Below, one piece after another: positions 35,821-47,699 of a DNA stretch of 64,000 nucleotides (within the stretch, counting starts at the first letter, position 1; each line of letters begins with the position of its first letter). Source of the DNA: Chiloscyllium plagiosum (lineage: Eukaryota); NCBI RefSeq assembly GCF_004010195.1, contig NC_057718.1, positions 84,541,446 to 84,605,445 on the forward strand. The letters are read 5' to 3'. Made by a program: the position numbers and the translations under genes. Below the pieces are notes generated by a model. It was not told the origin of the DNA. It did not search any database and was given only the letters and a program-made list of their open reading frames with translations.

Positions 35821-37544
35821 GTGAGTTTGAGGGGGAAAGGGAGATCATTATGGGGATGGTGTGGATGGGGAGCGCGCTTATTAAATGAAGATTTTGGACA
35901 GACGCAAATGGCCCTGCAATCCTGTGTAGGCCCGCACTGGGTGCTAAGGTCGGGATTCAGGATCAAATGAAGTCAACGAAATCAAATGAAAAACCCGTTT
36001 ACATTCCCGGGTTTAAAAAAAAACACAGTAACTACGGAAAGCCGCATATGTCAGGAGGACTGGCCCCAGCGTTGCTGGAGCGTTTTCCTTCACTGGTTGG
36101 GGGGTGGGGTGGGGTGAAGCTCCTTTTCACCTACAGGCTGGCGTGCAAGAAGGGCCCTTTGCTTTTTCATCCGATGTTGAGGGAGGAGAGAGTTGGGGAC
36201 AGACCAGAGTTGAGCAAAATGAATCGGAGGAGAGTATCTTTGCAGACGCCGCGTCCTCTCGTCATTGACGACTTGTAGGACAGAAAAGTCGACCATTCCA
36301 TCCCGCGATGTTGTGAAGTGTCAGCTGCTTTTGCGTGAGCTTGGGGGTGGGTTATAGAAGGCGTGGAGAGGGCTGAGCGCTCAGTCCATGTGTTAAGAAA
36401 TATCGGGCGCTGTAGTATATTAGAATAACGTTAATTCGACCGGGCTTTAACTGTATTCCAACTTCCCTCCCCTCCACCCGTGCCTGAGGGCTGATCATTT
36501 GTGGCTGTGCCTCGACCGTTGAAGGAGGGTTCGTGTATCTGCATGTGGCTCGTACCCCTCAAGGCTCCTCCCTCCAGGAATTTGGTTGCACACTTCGTTG
36601 GGGGGTGGTTATGTAACAGCACGCAAATCCAATGCTAAGAGAAGCAAGGACATTTTTACTAGGGGGAGGGGAGAAGTGGAGAGTGAATTCATTCTACCAG
36701 ATTCATCCTGCTATGTCAAGACCAGGTACTCTACTATTGCTTTGGAACGAAGTGGGTGGATTTGTCTCCTGATTCGGAGCTCATTGAGTGAAGTCAAAAC
36801 CTGAACATTTATCGTTTCTTTTCAATTTTCGGTTTTAAGAAAAAAAACGTAGAAAACCATTCTGGGCTTTCTGAATGTAAGGTTTGAGTATCACCGTGCA
36901 CGTTTCTGTTTTTAGTTTTGTTAATTTTGCACGTTGACCTCAGATCCTGACATTTCTTACAAACATCCCGAATTCCTTCACTTCTATTATCTCGAGTTTG
37001 TAATCTCACACTATTGATCAAAACCGGGGACTTTTTTGTGATTTCTGATGCGGTTTTGTTTGACATGGTACCTTCACCAGTCATGCTGTTGAAATAATTT
37101 TCTGCATTTTAATGCTTGCACGATTGTTGAATCATGTAGAATTGAATTAAGAAAAGTATCAACCCAAAATGTGTAATTAACCAATTGTGCAACATTTTGC
37201 GGCACTGTTGCTGATAATGTTTATTGCTGCCCCTGATGGTTACCCCCCTCCCTCCACGCTGTAAATGCTTGAGAATTTTTATCATCAAAAGCCTTTGTTA
37301 TTTGGTATTGATAATATTGGTGATTATAGATACTCGTATCTATAGGTGTAAGTCAGCTTTGTGGCATAGCTTTTTGATTGAATCTCTGACATGAAATTTG
37401 AAGAATGATCTTATTGTCACAATAAAATTTGAAAGTTTTATTGTATTTTCACCAAAAATGCATCCAACAATAAAATCACCATGAAGAACTTCCACGGTCG
37501 CTGTGATCTGGTGCCATTTTGAATAGTTTAAAAATAAGGCATTT

Positions 37545-38685
37545 GCCAAGGTTCACCATGGGAGACTGATTAGCAAGGTTAGATCTCACGGGATGCAGGG
37601 AGAACTAGCCATATGGATACAGAACTGGCTCAAAGGTAGAAGACAGTGGTGGTGGAGGGTTGTTTTTCAGACTGGAGGCCTGTGACCAGTGGAGTGCCAC
37701 AAGGATTGGTGCTGGGTCCCCAACTTTGTCATTTACATAAATGATTTGGATGCGAGCATAAGAGATATAGTTAGTAAGTTTGCACATTACACCAAAATTG
37801 GAGGTGTAGTGGACAGCGAAGAAGGTTACCTCAGATTACAACAGGATCTTTACCAGATGGGCCAATGGGCTGAGAAGTGACAGATGGAGTTTAATTCCGA
37901 TAAATGCGAGGTGCTGCATTTTGGGAAAGCAAATCTTAGCAGGACTTGTATACTTAATGGTAAGGTCCTAGGGAGTGTTGCTGAACATAGAGAGCTTGGA
38001 GTGCAGGTTCATAGTTCCTTGAAAGTGGAGTCTCAGGTAGATAGGATAGTGAAAAAGGCATTTGGTATGTTTTCCTTTATTGGTCAGAGTATTGAATACA
38101 GGAGTTGGGAGGTCATGTTGCGGCTGTACAGGACATTGGTTAGGCCCCTGTTGGAATATTGCGTGCAGTTCTGGTCTCCTTCCTATCAGAAAGATACTGT
38201 GAAACTTGAAAGGGTTCAGAAAAGATTTACAAGTGTTGCTAGGGTTGGAGGATTTGAGCTATAGGAAGAGGTTGGGGCTGTTTTTCCCTGGAGTGTCGGA
38301 GGTTGGGGGTGACCTTATAGAGGTTTACAAAATTGAGGGACATGGATAGGGGAAATAGGCAAAGTCTTTTCCCTTTGCGGGATCGGTGAGTCCAGACCTA
38401 GAGAGTATAGGTTTAGGGTGAGAGGGGGAGGATATAAAAGAGAGCTAAGGGGCAACTTTTTCACACAGAGGGTGGTACATATATGGAATGAGCTGCCAGA
38501 GGAAGTGGTGGAGGCTGGTACAATTGCAACTTTTAAGAGGCATTTGGTTGGGTATATGAATAGGAAGGGTTTGGAGGGATATGGGCCGGGTGCTGACAGG
38601 TGGGACTAGATTGGGTTGGGATATCTGGCTGGCATGGATGGGTTGGCCCGAAGGGTCTGTTTCAATGCTATACATCTGACTCTAA
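37545..38685 (+). mobile_element. 5'-truncated CR1 LINE
   Basis: FVIYINDLDASI, MEFNSDKCEVLHFG, LYRTLVRPLLEYCVQFWSP and CR1 terminus; closely similar to 14376-15758. Confidence 0.95.
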
Positions 38686-38691
38686 CTGATC

Positions 38692-38822
38692 AGTGTGCAG
38701 GTTAGGTGGGGTTAGCCATTGGGAATACAGGAGTAGGGATGGGTCTGGATGGGATGCTCTTCAAAGGGTCCGTGTAGACTTGATGAGCAGAATGGCCTGC
38801 TTCCACACTAGAGATTCTATAT
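38692..38822 (+). mobile_element. HE1-type SINE 3' fragment
   Basis: TGTGCAGGTTAGGTGG...GGCCTGCTTCCACACTAGAGATTCTAT. Confidence 0.65.
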
Positions 38823-41032
38823 AGTTCATAACACACCTGCCACTGCTTTGCTGCCGCCGGCACTGGTCTCAACCCGGATTTAAGTTATCGCTCCTCAGGC
38901 AGCATCTTTTGCCGCTGGACTTACCTTGCCAATATAGCAGCTGAAGCCGGTCCTCTGCTCACCTCTCTGCCAGCTTCCTCCTTGCTGCCATTTGTCAGGG
39001 TCCTACTTTGGGCTCACCAGCTACCTCACCAAGTAGGTCTTTAATACATTTACAAGCTATTTTATGAGCTAATCAGATCCACATAACAATCTAGTAATCC
39101 ATGCTTACTTGTTGCAAAGTACAATACTTTTTAAAATCAATGTAGGATAATATTCTGGACTTTATTCAGAGTTTCTTCATCTCCAGAAGGAGATCTTTTG
39201 AACTATTTTCAGTTGATTATAATGGCAATTCTGACCATTCTCTAAGTGTTAGTATATGTCCCTGGTATTGTATGAGCGAACTACTGTATTTATGGGTGAC
39301 ATTGTGCATCTCATAATTATTAGAATTCTTTCATAGGTGCTGTCCAGGAGTAACTTTTGTTTATTGCTGTAGCCTAGGAATGCTTTTCCGATCAGTGCAA
39401 TGAAACAGTCTTTGAAATTAGAAAGCAGCTAATTTTATTTTTCCTGCTCTACTATCACAGAAGCAACCATACTACTTTTAAGTATCACTGGCTTTCTAGT
39501 TGAAGATTAATTGATAAGGTTTCTTTGGCAATTCATCCTTCCTTCCAAGTTGTTTATTCCTAATTGCTGTTGAGAAGGTGATGGTGAGCTGCCCTCGAGC
39601 TGTTAGTCTGTCATGTAGGTACCTGCATAGTGCTGTTCAAAAAGGAGTTAAATTTTTTTTTTGACCTACCAACAATGAAAGAATGGTTGTTTTATGACAT
39701 TTGGACCTTGCAAATTGTGATGTTTCCATGTGTCTGCTGTCCTTCACTTTGTGGGTGATGGTCATGGCTTTGGAAATTGCTGTGAGTTGACAGTATGCCC
39801 TGCTACCAGCAATACTAGTAGAGGGGGATCAATATTTAACTTGGTGGAAGGGAGCTGACAAAGTGGACCTGTTTATTTTCTGTGGTCTCGAGCTTCTTGT
39901 GTGTTACTGGTACAATGCTCATCCAGGGGCAAGAAAAATATTCTATGCTCCTGACCTGGAAATACTAGCTCTGCAACCTTTTCAGTACAATTTATTCAAT
40001 ATGAATTACAGTGGACTGCGAAGCTTTTAAATGTCTTCCCTACCAGATGTTAATTTTGGAGTGCTGAAATGTTGTGGGGGCAGACGCAGCAAAGAGCTTT
40101 TCGAAAACACTTCAAGCAGTGCTTCATTTACATTAATCAGTGTAAGGAGCTTCCTACCAATGGCTTGTCCATCAAGCTTTGTGTCCACATAGCTAAATGA
40201 TGAGGTACAGTAGCAGCAGAGAAGGATGATAAAGGAGACACATTCTGGATCTTGCACCCTCGTAACCTCCTGTCCCACATGGCCAAAGATGACCTGGTAC
40301 AGAATGGGCCTGTTTAGTGATAGTCATGTGGTAGTAATGTGTGTCCTTGAATAGACTTTGTCCTCAAATCAAAGGACCGCTACTGACAAATGTTTAGAGT
40401 GTCATACAACATGGAAATAGACCCTTTTGGACCCCACAAGTCCATTGCTTTGAGGAAGAAGTCTACTCAAGGACAGTCAGTAGGTATGTTACTCAATTCC
40501 AAAATGTTTGAGGAGTTCTTGATGTTGATGATTCACAAACTTAGCTGGTAGCGTGCTTTCCAGAAAATGTTAACATTAATTTTTAAAAGATTCAACACTT
40601 ATGGATTGGTAGGATTTTGTGAATATAACTTTCTTGGGAATGTTTTGAAAATCTCTCTTTTCAACTTGCATTTAATATACTTTTTTAAACATAGTAATTA
40701 TCAAAGTGGCTACAGATTTGGTCTTGTTTAAATTTTGTAGGATTGAAGATGTAGAGCATAGATTGCTTTAGTAATGAATTGGATAACAGTGGCATAATTG
40801 TGCCATAGACTGAGTAGGGCATATGACAGTATGAAACCAAGTGTTTCCTTCTAAGGTGGCTATTGCTACATGTAGGAAGTGCTTAAAGTTGCAATTTTCA
40901 CAAATACACCACAATTTGTGAAACTTCTTTTAATTGAAGAATTGCTACGTTCCCTGTCCTTAGCAGAAGAAAGTCTGTGCCTGTACCCCACAAGTTGAAA
41001 TGCAGTGCTTTAGATTTGTAAGTGAGGGCATT

Positions 41033-41139
41033 GAATTTGCTTTGGCAGCATTATACTAAAACTGGAATGGTACAGAGGAGATTAGCATGGCCCCATGCAC
41101 AAGGATGACATGTAAATTTGTAAAGAGTTCCATATTTTT
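41033..41139 (+). pseudogene. U6: U6 snRNA pseudogene, near full length
   Basis: GGCAGCA-TTATACTAAAACTGGAATGGTACAGAGGAGATTAGCATGGCCCCATGCACAAGGATGACATGTAAATTTGTAAAGAGTTCCATATTTTT aligns along U6; CpGs decayed and ACAGAGA box changed to ACAGAGG. Confidence 0.92.
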
Positions 41140-41142
41140 AGA

Positions 41143-41250
41143 AGCCCTCTGGCACAGTGGTAATGTCTCTACCCTTGGACGGGACATCCAGTTTCTAGCT
41201 CTCCTGCTCCAGCAGTGTGTAGTAATATCTCTGGACAGGTTGGTTAGAAA
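41143..41250 (+). mobile_element. Short tRNA-derived SINE directly 3' of the U6 copy
   Basis: GGCACAGTGGTAATGTCTCTACC head and CAGGTTGGTTAGAAAA end; same family as 4873-4978 and 29040-29147. Confidence 0.6.
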
Positions 41251-41984
41251 AGTAAGTTAAATTAAGAAACAATTTGCAATATGCTAGGGTAGCGGTGGGT
41301 TCAGCATTTTTCCAAAGATTAAGATATGCCACTGGCTTTTGTCTGAGACCATTGCTTGTTACTGGTCATGCTCTGGCCATTGTCTGACTGGTGTTTCTTG
41401 CTTCTGCTTTTTGTGTCCACTCAAGCTATTGTTCATTGGGGCTACTCCTCCTCTTGGTTAGTTGTGAGGCCTTAATTTTCTTCTCCTCCAAGGTGACAGG
41501 GTGTTGATTGTGGTGGGGTTCACTGGGCTTTTTCTTTGGGGTAGCCAAAGCTGTGGGGCTTCTGCTCTAGATTGCGTTTTGTGGTTGTTCGGACAATGTG
41601 GATGAGCAGCTAAATCTTGCCCAGGTGGAGAATGATGGCCAGATTGAGTTCTGCAGTTGCCTTGCATTGTTCCACTAGTAGTCTGCAATTGACAAACTAA
41701 CCACTGGAGGGGATGTGGTATGCTGGTAAATGAACAATCTTGGAACTGGTGTTTGGGGTTGCTTGGTGTTGCATGATGTGAGCCTGCAAGCCAGCAGATT
41801 AGCAGTGGGTAGCATGTAGGCATGGAAGAGATTGTCAATTGCGTTATCAAAACAAATATTAGAACAAAAAGTTTGCAACATGTAAGCTTTCAGCTCCCAA
41901 TAACTTATCAACATTTAATGTGAAATCGCACTAAATGGGACTGTCTTAAATAAGAGATTTCTTTATTGGGTACAGCACCATAAC

Positions 41985-42545
41985 TAGAGTTGAAAAGTGT
42001 GGCGCTGGAAAAGCACAGTAGGTCAGGCAGCATCAGAGGAGCAGGAGCGATGACGTTTCAGTCATAAGCCCTTCATTGGGAATGTAGTGGGAGGGAGCTG
42101 AGGCATAAATGGGGGGTGGGGTGAGAATAGAGCTGTGGGGGGAGGGGGAAAGTATGTTGAAGGCAGTAGGTGGGGAGGTGATGTTAATAAGTCAGAGGGT
42201 GGAGCAGATATGTGGGAAGGAAGATTGACAGGTGGGATAGTTCAAGGGGGCAGTGCAGAGTTGGAGGATTGAATCTGGGATGAGTTGAGGGGGAGCACAG
42301 ATGAAGAAACTGGTGAAATCAACATTGATGCCATGTGTGGTTGGAGAGTCCCAAGGTGGAAGATGAAGTGTTCTTCTTCCAGGCATAGGCTGGCTAGGCA
42401 TTGGTGGTGGAGGTGGCCCAGAACTTGCATGTCCTTGGTGGAGTGAGAGAAGGGAGTTCAAGTGGTTGGTCACAGGGCGTTTGTGTGTCCCAGAGATGTT
42501 CTCTGAAACGTTTAGTGAGTTGGTGTCCTGTCTCCCCAATGTGGA
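41985..42545 (-). mobile_element. Penelope-like element 3' fragment
   Basis: LEEEHFIFHLGTLQP / HGINVDFTSF motifs and the terminal repeat as at 29447. Confidence 0.82.
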
Positions 42546-42897
42546 GCACATCAAGAGCAATGGGCACACTAAATGAAAACTCTTTTGAAAGTGGTCCAAG
42601 GGTAGACAGAGTTCATATTTTGGGGTCTGTTGAAAGAGCGCAGATGAATGGGGGTAAGGTTGTCTTGGTGGGGCAGGGTCAAAATATTTGGGACAGTTTA
42701 CAGCATTGGATTGACACTAGCATCCTGAAGATTAGTGCAAGGCTTACTTTTTGTCTTGGTTAATGTCTGACTAATCATGTTTGATCACTTCAAATGCAGT
42801 GGGCAATTGAGGCATTTGCATTGTGTTATAACATTGGGCAAATCCTCTTGATTAATGTAAACCACAACACAGAAAAGATTTATTTCGTGCAGTAATT

Positions 42898-43468
42898 TGT
42901 GAAAACTTGAGAGGCCATGAACTATTTAAAGTAAAAATTAACAACTTTATTTCTTAAAGTGTAACAGAATAATTAACAACTATTCACAGCTCCTTCCTCT
43001 AACCTATTGTTTACTCTCCCTTCTATAAAACTAGTCCGATAAAGCCCTCGATTAAGATTTACCAAAAAATTCAAATTTTCAAAACCAGCCAGATGTCCAA
43101 TCTTCTCTTTATATCTTCCTCCATCTCCTTCTTAGGGATTTCTGTTTCGCAGGTTATTGATCAATAAAGGTACCTTTTTAAGAGAGCTATTCTCCGGGCA
43201 GTCTGCAGATGCTGGTGGCTTGGCCGTTCTCCTCAAACTGTTCAATTTTCCCTGGTCTTGTACCCCGAAAGCATCGGCTTTTAAGATTGTCAGTATACTA
43301 AAATCAAATTTGATTGGAGTTTGGTATTTTCGGGGTATAATTTGGCCTAATTCGAATCTTTTGTTTCCAGGCAAGCTTTGTTCAGAACACTTGGTGCTGT
43401 CAGGTAGTTCTGTTAGCTTTTAGCTTTTAACTCTCTTAAAGGTACAGTACACTCTCATCTTTATAACA
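42898..43468 (-). mobile_element. Solo LTR
   Basis: TGTGA...TAACA termini; minus-strand CCAAT (~43313), TATAAA (43108-43113) and AATAAA (42946-42951); TSD imperfect (AATT/ATTG). Confidence 0.6.
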
Positions 43469-43839
43469 ATTGTACATTCTACCTGTTGCCTGTAGATTTG
43501 AGGTCATAAGGCAGATGTTATGTTCAGTAATGGTAGGAATGAGTGATTTGATGAAAGTGGAGATTTACAGTCTGAAACAAGGTGGTTCACTATATTACTG
43601 GGGCTGACCTTTTTGATTCGTAACAGTGATGTAATTGGGATAAAGTTGCTTGATTGCTCGGTGGGAAGCAAGTGATGAGTTGACGAAATTACATTAGTGC
43701 TTTTTTTTTAGAAACCTCTTTCTTGAATGCTGTACCATTTGAATTCATAAACCTTTTCATTTGTGTTGGATTCATTTAAACTTTAGATGTCTACTGTTCA
43801 GATTTCATGGAGTTGTCTTGAAAGTGCAGCTTTGAATTG

Positions 43840-44415
43840 TAAGGTTTTTCCCCACAAGAAAACTGGATCTCATAGATGTGAATGTTTCCAGTTAGTGTCA
43901 TCCTGCTTCCCCCGCAGTCAAAGCAAAATGCTCTGACACAGTATAGTTTTATCTCCTTCACCTTTATTCCGGGCCCTGGAGGGAAAGAGAACGATCGCTA
44001 ATGTGCACAGAGACATGAATTCTCAGTCTTCTCTGGAACAGCAGATTCTTAATTATATAGTCACTTACAAGGCGGAGCATCCAGATATGACAACATGCAT
44101 GTTGATTGGGTGAGCATTACAATTGGAGTGTCAATAGTAAATATTAAGCCATCTGCTGTTACGCAATGAATAACTGGTTTTGCATAATGAATATTTTTCG
44201 CCTTGTTAACTGACCTTACATACTGAATGCTACCAGTATTAATAAATGGCTTTACATAATGAACACTTTTCCACCTTTATTAATCTATTACCCTTGCCTC
44301 TAGCACCCCATTGTTAACTGCAAGTTCTTATCTGATCTAAGTCATGCTTAGCTGAACCTCTTGTTTCACAAAACTCAAAACTTAACTTTCCCTACCTGCT
44401 CATATCCTATACACA
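43840..44415 (-). mobile_element. Solo-LTR-like element, boundaries uncertain
   Basis: Minus-strand CCAAT (44105-44109), TATA (~44053-44059) and AATAAA (43963-43968); imperfect ~35 bp direct repeats at about 44176-44209 and 44248-44283. Confidence 0.5.
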
Positions 44416-44778
44416 TTCTCAAGGGGCTACACCCAAAAGTAAAAGACTTGATATACAAGGAGCTGACTGTAGATACAGAACTGTGCCATTAGATCAAGTG
44501 CTGTTCGTCAATGCAAGTAAAACACAGGTTGCTCAAGTCAATCCTGCAGTATGGTATTTGTCAGCCTTTGGAAAAATCATGTGAAACTCTTCAGTGTTTT
44601 CTGATCTGTGGTATGAGTGGCTTATCAGCATCTATGGGTGCAGTCTCTTGCATGAAAGACTACTTTTCAAAGGATATTAGGGAAGTCAAACTGAAAAGTA
44701 AAAGGCTTTTGACATTTGATGTTTACTGCATTAAAGGACAGGCATTTTGGAGTTCAGTACTGGCTTTTAAATCTTATT

Positions 44779-44897
44779 AGATAAAAACAATGACTGCAGA
44801 TGCTGAAAACCAGAGTCTCGATTAGAATGGTGCTGGAAAAGCACAGCAGTTCAGGCAGCATCCGAGGAGAAGTAAAATCGACGTTTCGGGCAGAAGC
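44779..44897 (-). mobile_element. Short PLE-terminus-derived insertion with 15 bp TSD
   Basis: CTTTTAAATCTTATT at 44764-44778 and 44898-44912 flanks AAAACAATGACTGCAGATGCTG...GACGTTTCGGGCAGAAGC. Confidence 0.85.
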
Positions 44898-46849
44898 CTT
44901 TTAAATCTTATTGTATTGGTGGTACAGTGGGCAGCAAAAGCTTTCTTCTTGGCAGAAGATGTGAATGAAAAGTACTTAATGTTAATGCTTCTATCAAGGA
45001 GATCTACAATAATCTTGTTGCCACAGAGTTAATGCTATTTAATGCTTGTACTTTAAAATTTTAATTTATAAAACATTGTACTTTGTGCTGAACTGCAGAT
45101 CATGTATTTCTTTATTACAATTGTTAAGTTTACCAGGTCACCAGACCTAGTCTTATGAAAATTTTAGTGGATCTTAAATACTTTCATCCTCACTGCCGGC
45201 ATAATATAATCTCAAATTGCTATCTCTGGATATGACAAAACTACATGGAAAAAGATCATGTTCACTTTGGGATTTATAGAAATTTCACTAGTCCTTCATT
45301 GCAATGTTTGTAGTGAGAGTTGAAAGAAAATTGTGTTTCTGTCTAACTTTGAGCATCGTTTGTTTTTAGGATTAATCAATTTAAATATGGATTACAATGT
45401 GGAAATGAAATCTTCATTCATCCATCTTTCTGCAGATTATCTTCCACTTTCTATTTCAAAATTTTGTATGTTCATTTTGTTACAAAAATGAATTTGTTCA
45501 CAAAGTTTGCAAGATAAAATATGCTGTGCAAAAGCTGCTTGCAATGGTGAAGGGAAAGAAAGCATTTAAGTTCTGTTAACAATTTATTTTTGATCTGAAA
45601 GCTAAGAAACTATGTCAAATGAGGCACCTGAGAGCTGTTAAATGTGCTGTACTTTGTGACACTAATCAGTTATCTTGAAGCTGCATTGTTGGATTTACAT
45701 AATTCAGTAACCAACATTTTTTTTGTAGGCTTTTAGTTGGTGGAATTGAAATTTATAAGTTGTGTAGAAGTTTAAAAACAAATTATTGAGGTTTACTTTT
45801 AACTACTTTAAAAGGTTTGTAAGAGCATTTGGTCCTCATCTTTTTGTGATGCAAAATTGCTAGGAAGTATCTTTTTTTTAAATTGAGCTGCTGAGATCTT
45901 TTTTACAATAAACTTTTATACTAGATGCATAACATTGGACAAATGGATTTTTTTTATCAGAAGTCTTTTTTATTATTTGAAGACCATCCAATTCCTTTTA
46001 CAGCAGTGTCTATGAAACTGAGTGGACAGTAATTACTTCCGTATTTAATACTATGAACTATATAGGTTAGATGGTTGCTTAAAAAATTAACTTATGGGTT
46101 TGTCAGTTTTTCCCCCTAGTACACCATATACATATTTTTCTCTTAGCTCTTAGTAATGTTTATATACTAAAGTGAGCTTGATCCCACTTAACCTGAAGTG
46201 GCAATAAAATTACTTGTGTGGAAATTAATTGACTTTAAATCCCCAGGTTTAAAGAAATATTTTTCATGAAATCCCAAGAAAGGCTGTCAGAATTTGGGTT
46301 AATGGATTTGATTCCTATTGTGTAAAACTAGATTCTTGCGCCTAATTTGCTATTTGTGCGCAAGTACGGAGGTTTCTTCCAAAGTAGGATTCAGAAATAT
46401 TGGGAGTGGAAACTTCTTTTTGTGTGAAAATACCTTGTTGTTTGTGATTAGTTACTTAGAGCATTTAGTTTTTCCACAGTTGCTTTATAATTTATCAGAA
46501 TGAAAATTGGTGACAAGCCGAATGACCACTTTTATTAATGTCGCTAAAATGTGCAGCCGGAAAAGCATCGCAGGTCAGGCAGCATTGGAGGAACAGGATC
46601 GTCAACGCTTTGGGTTGGAATTTTTGTTAATCCTTTGTAGCAAAAAGCGAGGATATTGTACGCATTAAAGTTTTTTAAGAAGAACTTTTTTGTTGCTGCA
46701 TATGTGCAACTTTTTAAAATGAACTTTACTGTTGTATATCAGGTAGGAAGATGTTAACAGTTGAATATCTCTACAAAAGAAATTTAGATTCAGTCCAACC
46801 ATTAATTTCCATGTAGTTGGTAACTCTCCACAGGTGCTGGCATACCTCC

Positions 46850-47257
46850 AATATTTTATCATGAGACCATTCTTCGGTCAAAATTTCACTATCAACGGTA
46901 CTTAGTGAATTGAAAAGTTTTATCAATTTCCACCTCTCACTGTCCTTCACCTGGTCTATCTCTGAATCCTCCTTTGCTTTCCTTGATATTTCTGATTCCA
47001 TTTCTGGGGATAGACTGGCCTCTGATATCCACGACAAATTCACTGACTCCCACAGTTAGCTTTATACATCCTCACATCCAGCTTCCTGTTTTTAAAAAAA
47101 AAATTGTTCTAGTCTCCCAGTTAATCCTGCTCAGTTGCATCTGTTCTGATGATGCCATCTTCTACAAGGGGGCCTCCAGAATATCCTCCACCTTCCTCAG
47201 CCCAGGTTTCCCCACCGTCATGGTTGACAGGGCTCTCAGTCATGTCTGACCCATCTC
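46850..47257 (+). mobile_element. Old Penelope-like RT fragment
   Basis: Degenerate FLDISDSISGDRLASDIHDKFTDSHS and SQLILLSCICSDDAIF, homologous to the PLE RT at 48600-49320. Confidence 0.65.
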
Positions 47258-47699
47258 CATTTTTAAAAAAATACTTGGCTGTTCCCCTGCTGTGAGCAGT
47301 TCTCCTAAGGTCTTTCGCTATTTACTGTATTTGTCTTAAACCTAACTGAAATAATGCAACAACTTTGAGTAATTACTACTCAAAGACATTAAGGAAATCA
47401 GCTCCAACACTGGAAAATACCTCAAAGGATCAGCTCTAACAGCCATAATTTTCTTCTGTCCACCTGTTCCTAAAACAGACAGGACATTGGGGCTGACTTG
47501 ATGGTTGTTAAACTCATCGTGCTGGTAATTTTAATATAGCCTTCATTTGATTCGGAGTAATGTCTGCTTTCCAGACAATAGTGAGTACAGGTTTGAGAAT
47601 TTGTAAGTCCATGTACTACAGTTTGTTCACTATGCCAAAACTGGTTGAAAATACAAGGCCTCTGAGACCAATTTTGTACCAATTGCAGTGTTGTTGATG

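Larger units (their letters stand above)
35080..36420. promoter_or_regulatory. CpG island / housekeeping-type promoter
   Basis: Only long non-repeat CpG-rich stretch in a CpG-depleted window; TGACGTCA (CRE) 35203-35210, AAGATGGCGGC (YY1) 35236-35246, GCGCAGGCGCA (NRF1-like) 35583-35593. Confidence 0.88.

Noticed and set aside
35066..36804. Multiple overlapping ORFs in the CpG island
   Set aside because: Expected from low stop-codon density in GC-rich DNA; no recognisable domains.
41033..41139. Functional U6 snRNA gene
   Set aside because: Many substitutions, including the ACAGAGA box and all CpGs; no recognisable upstream TATA/PSE.
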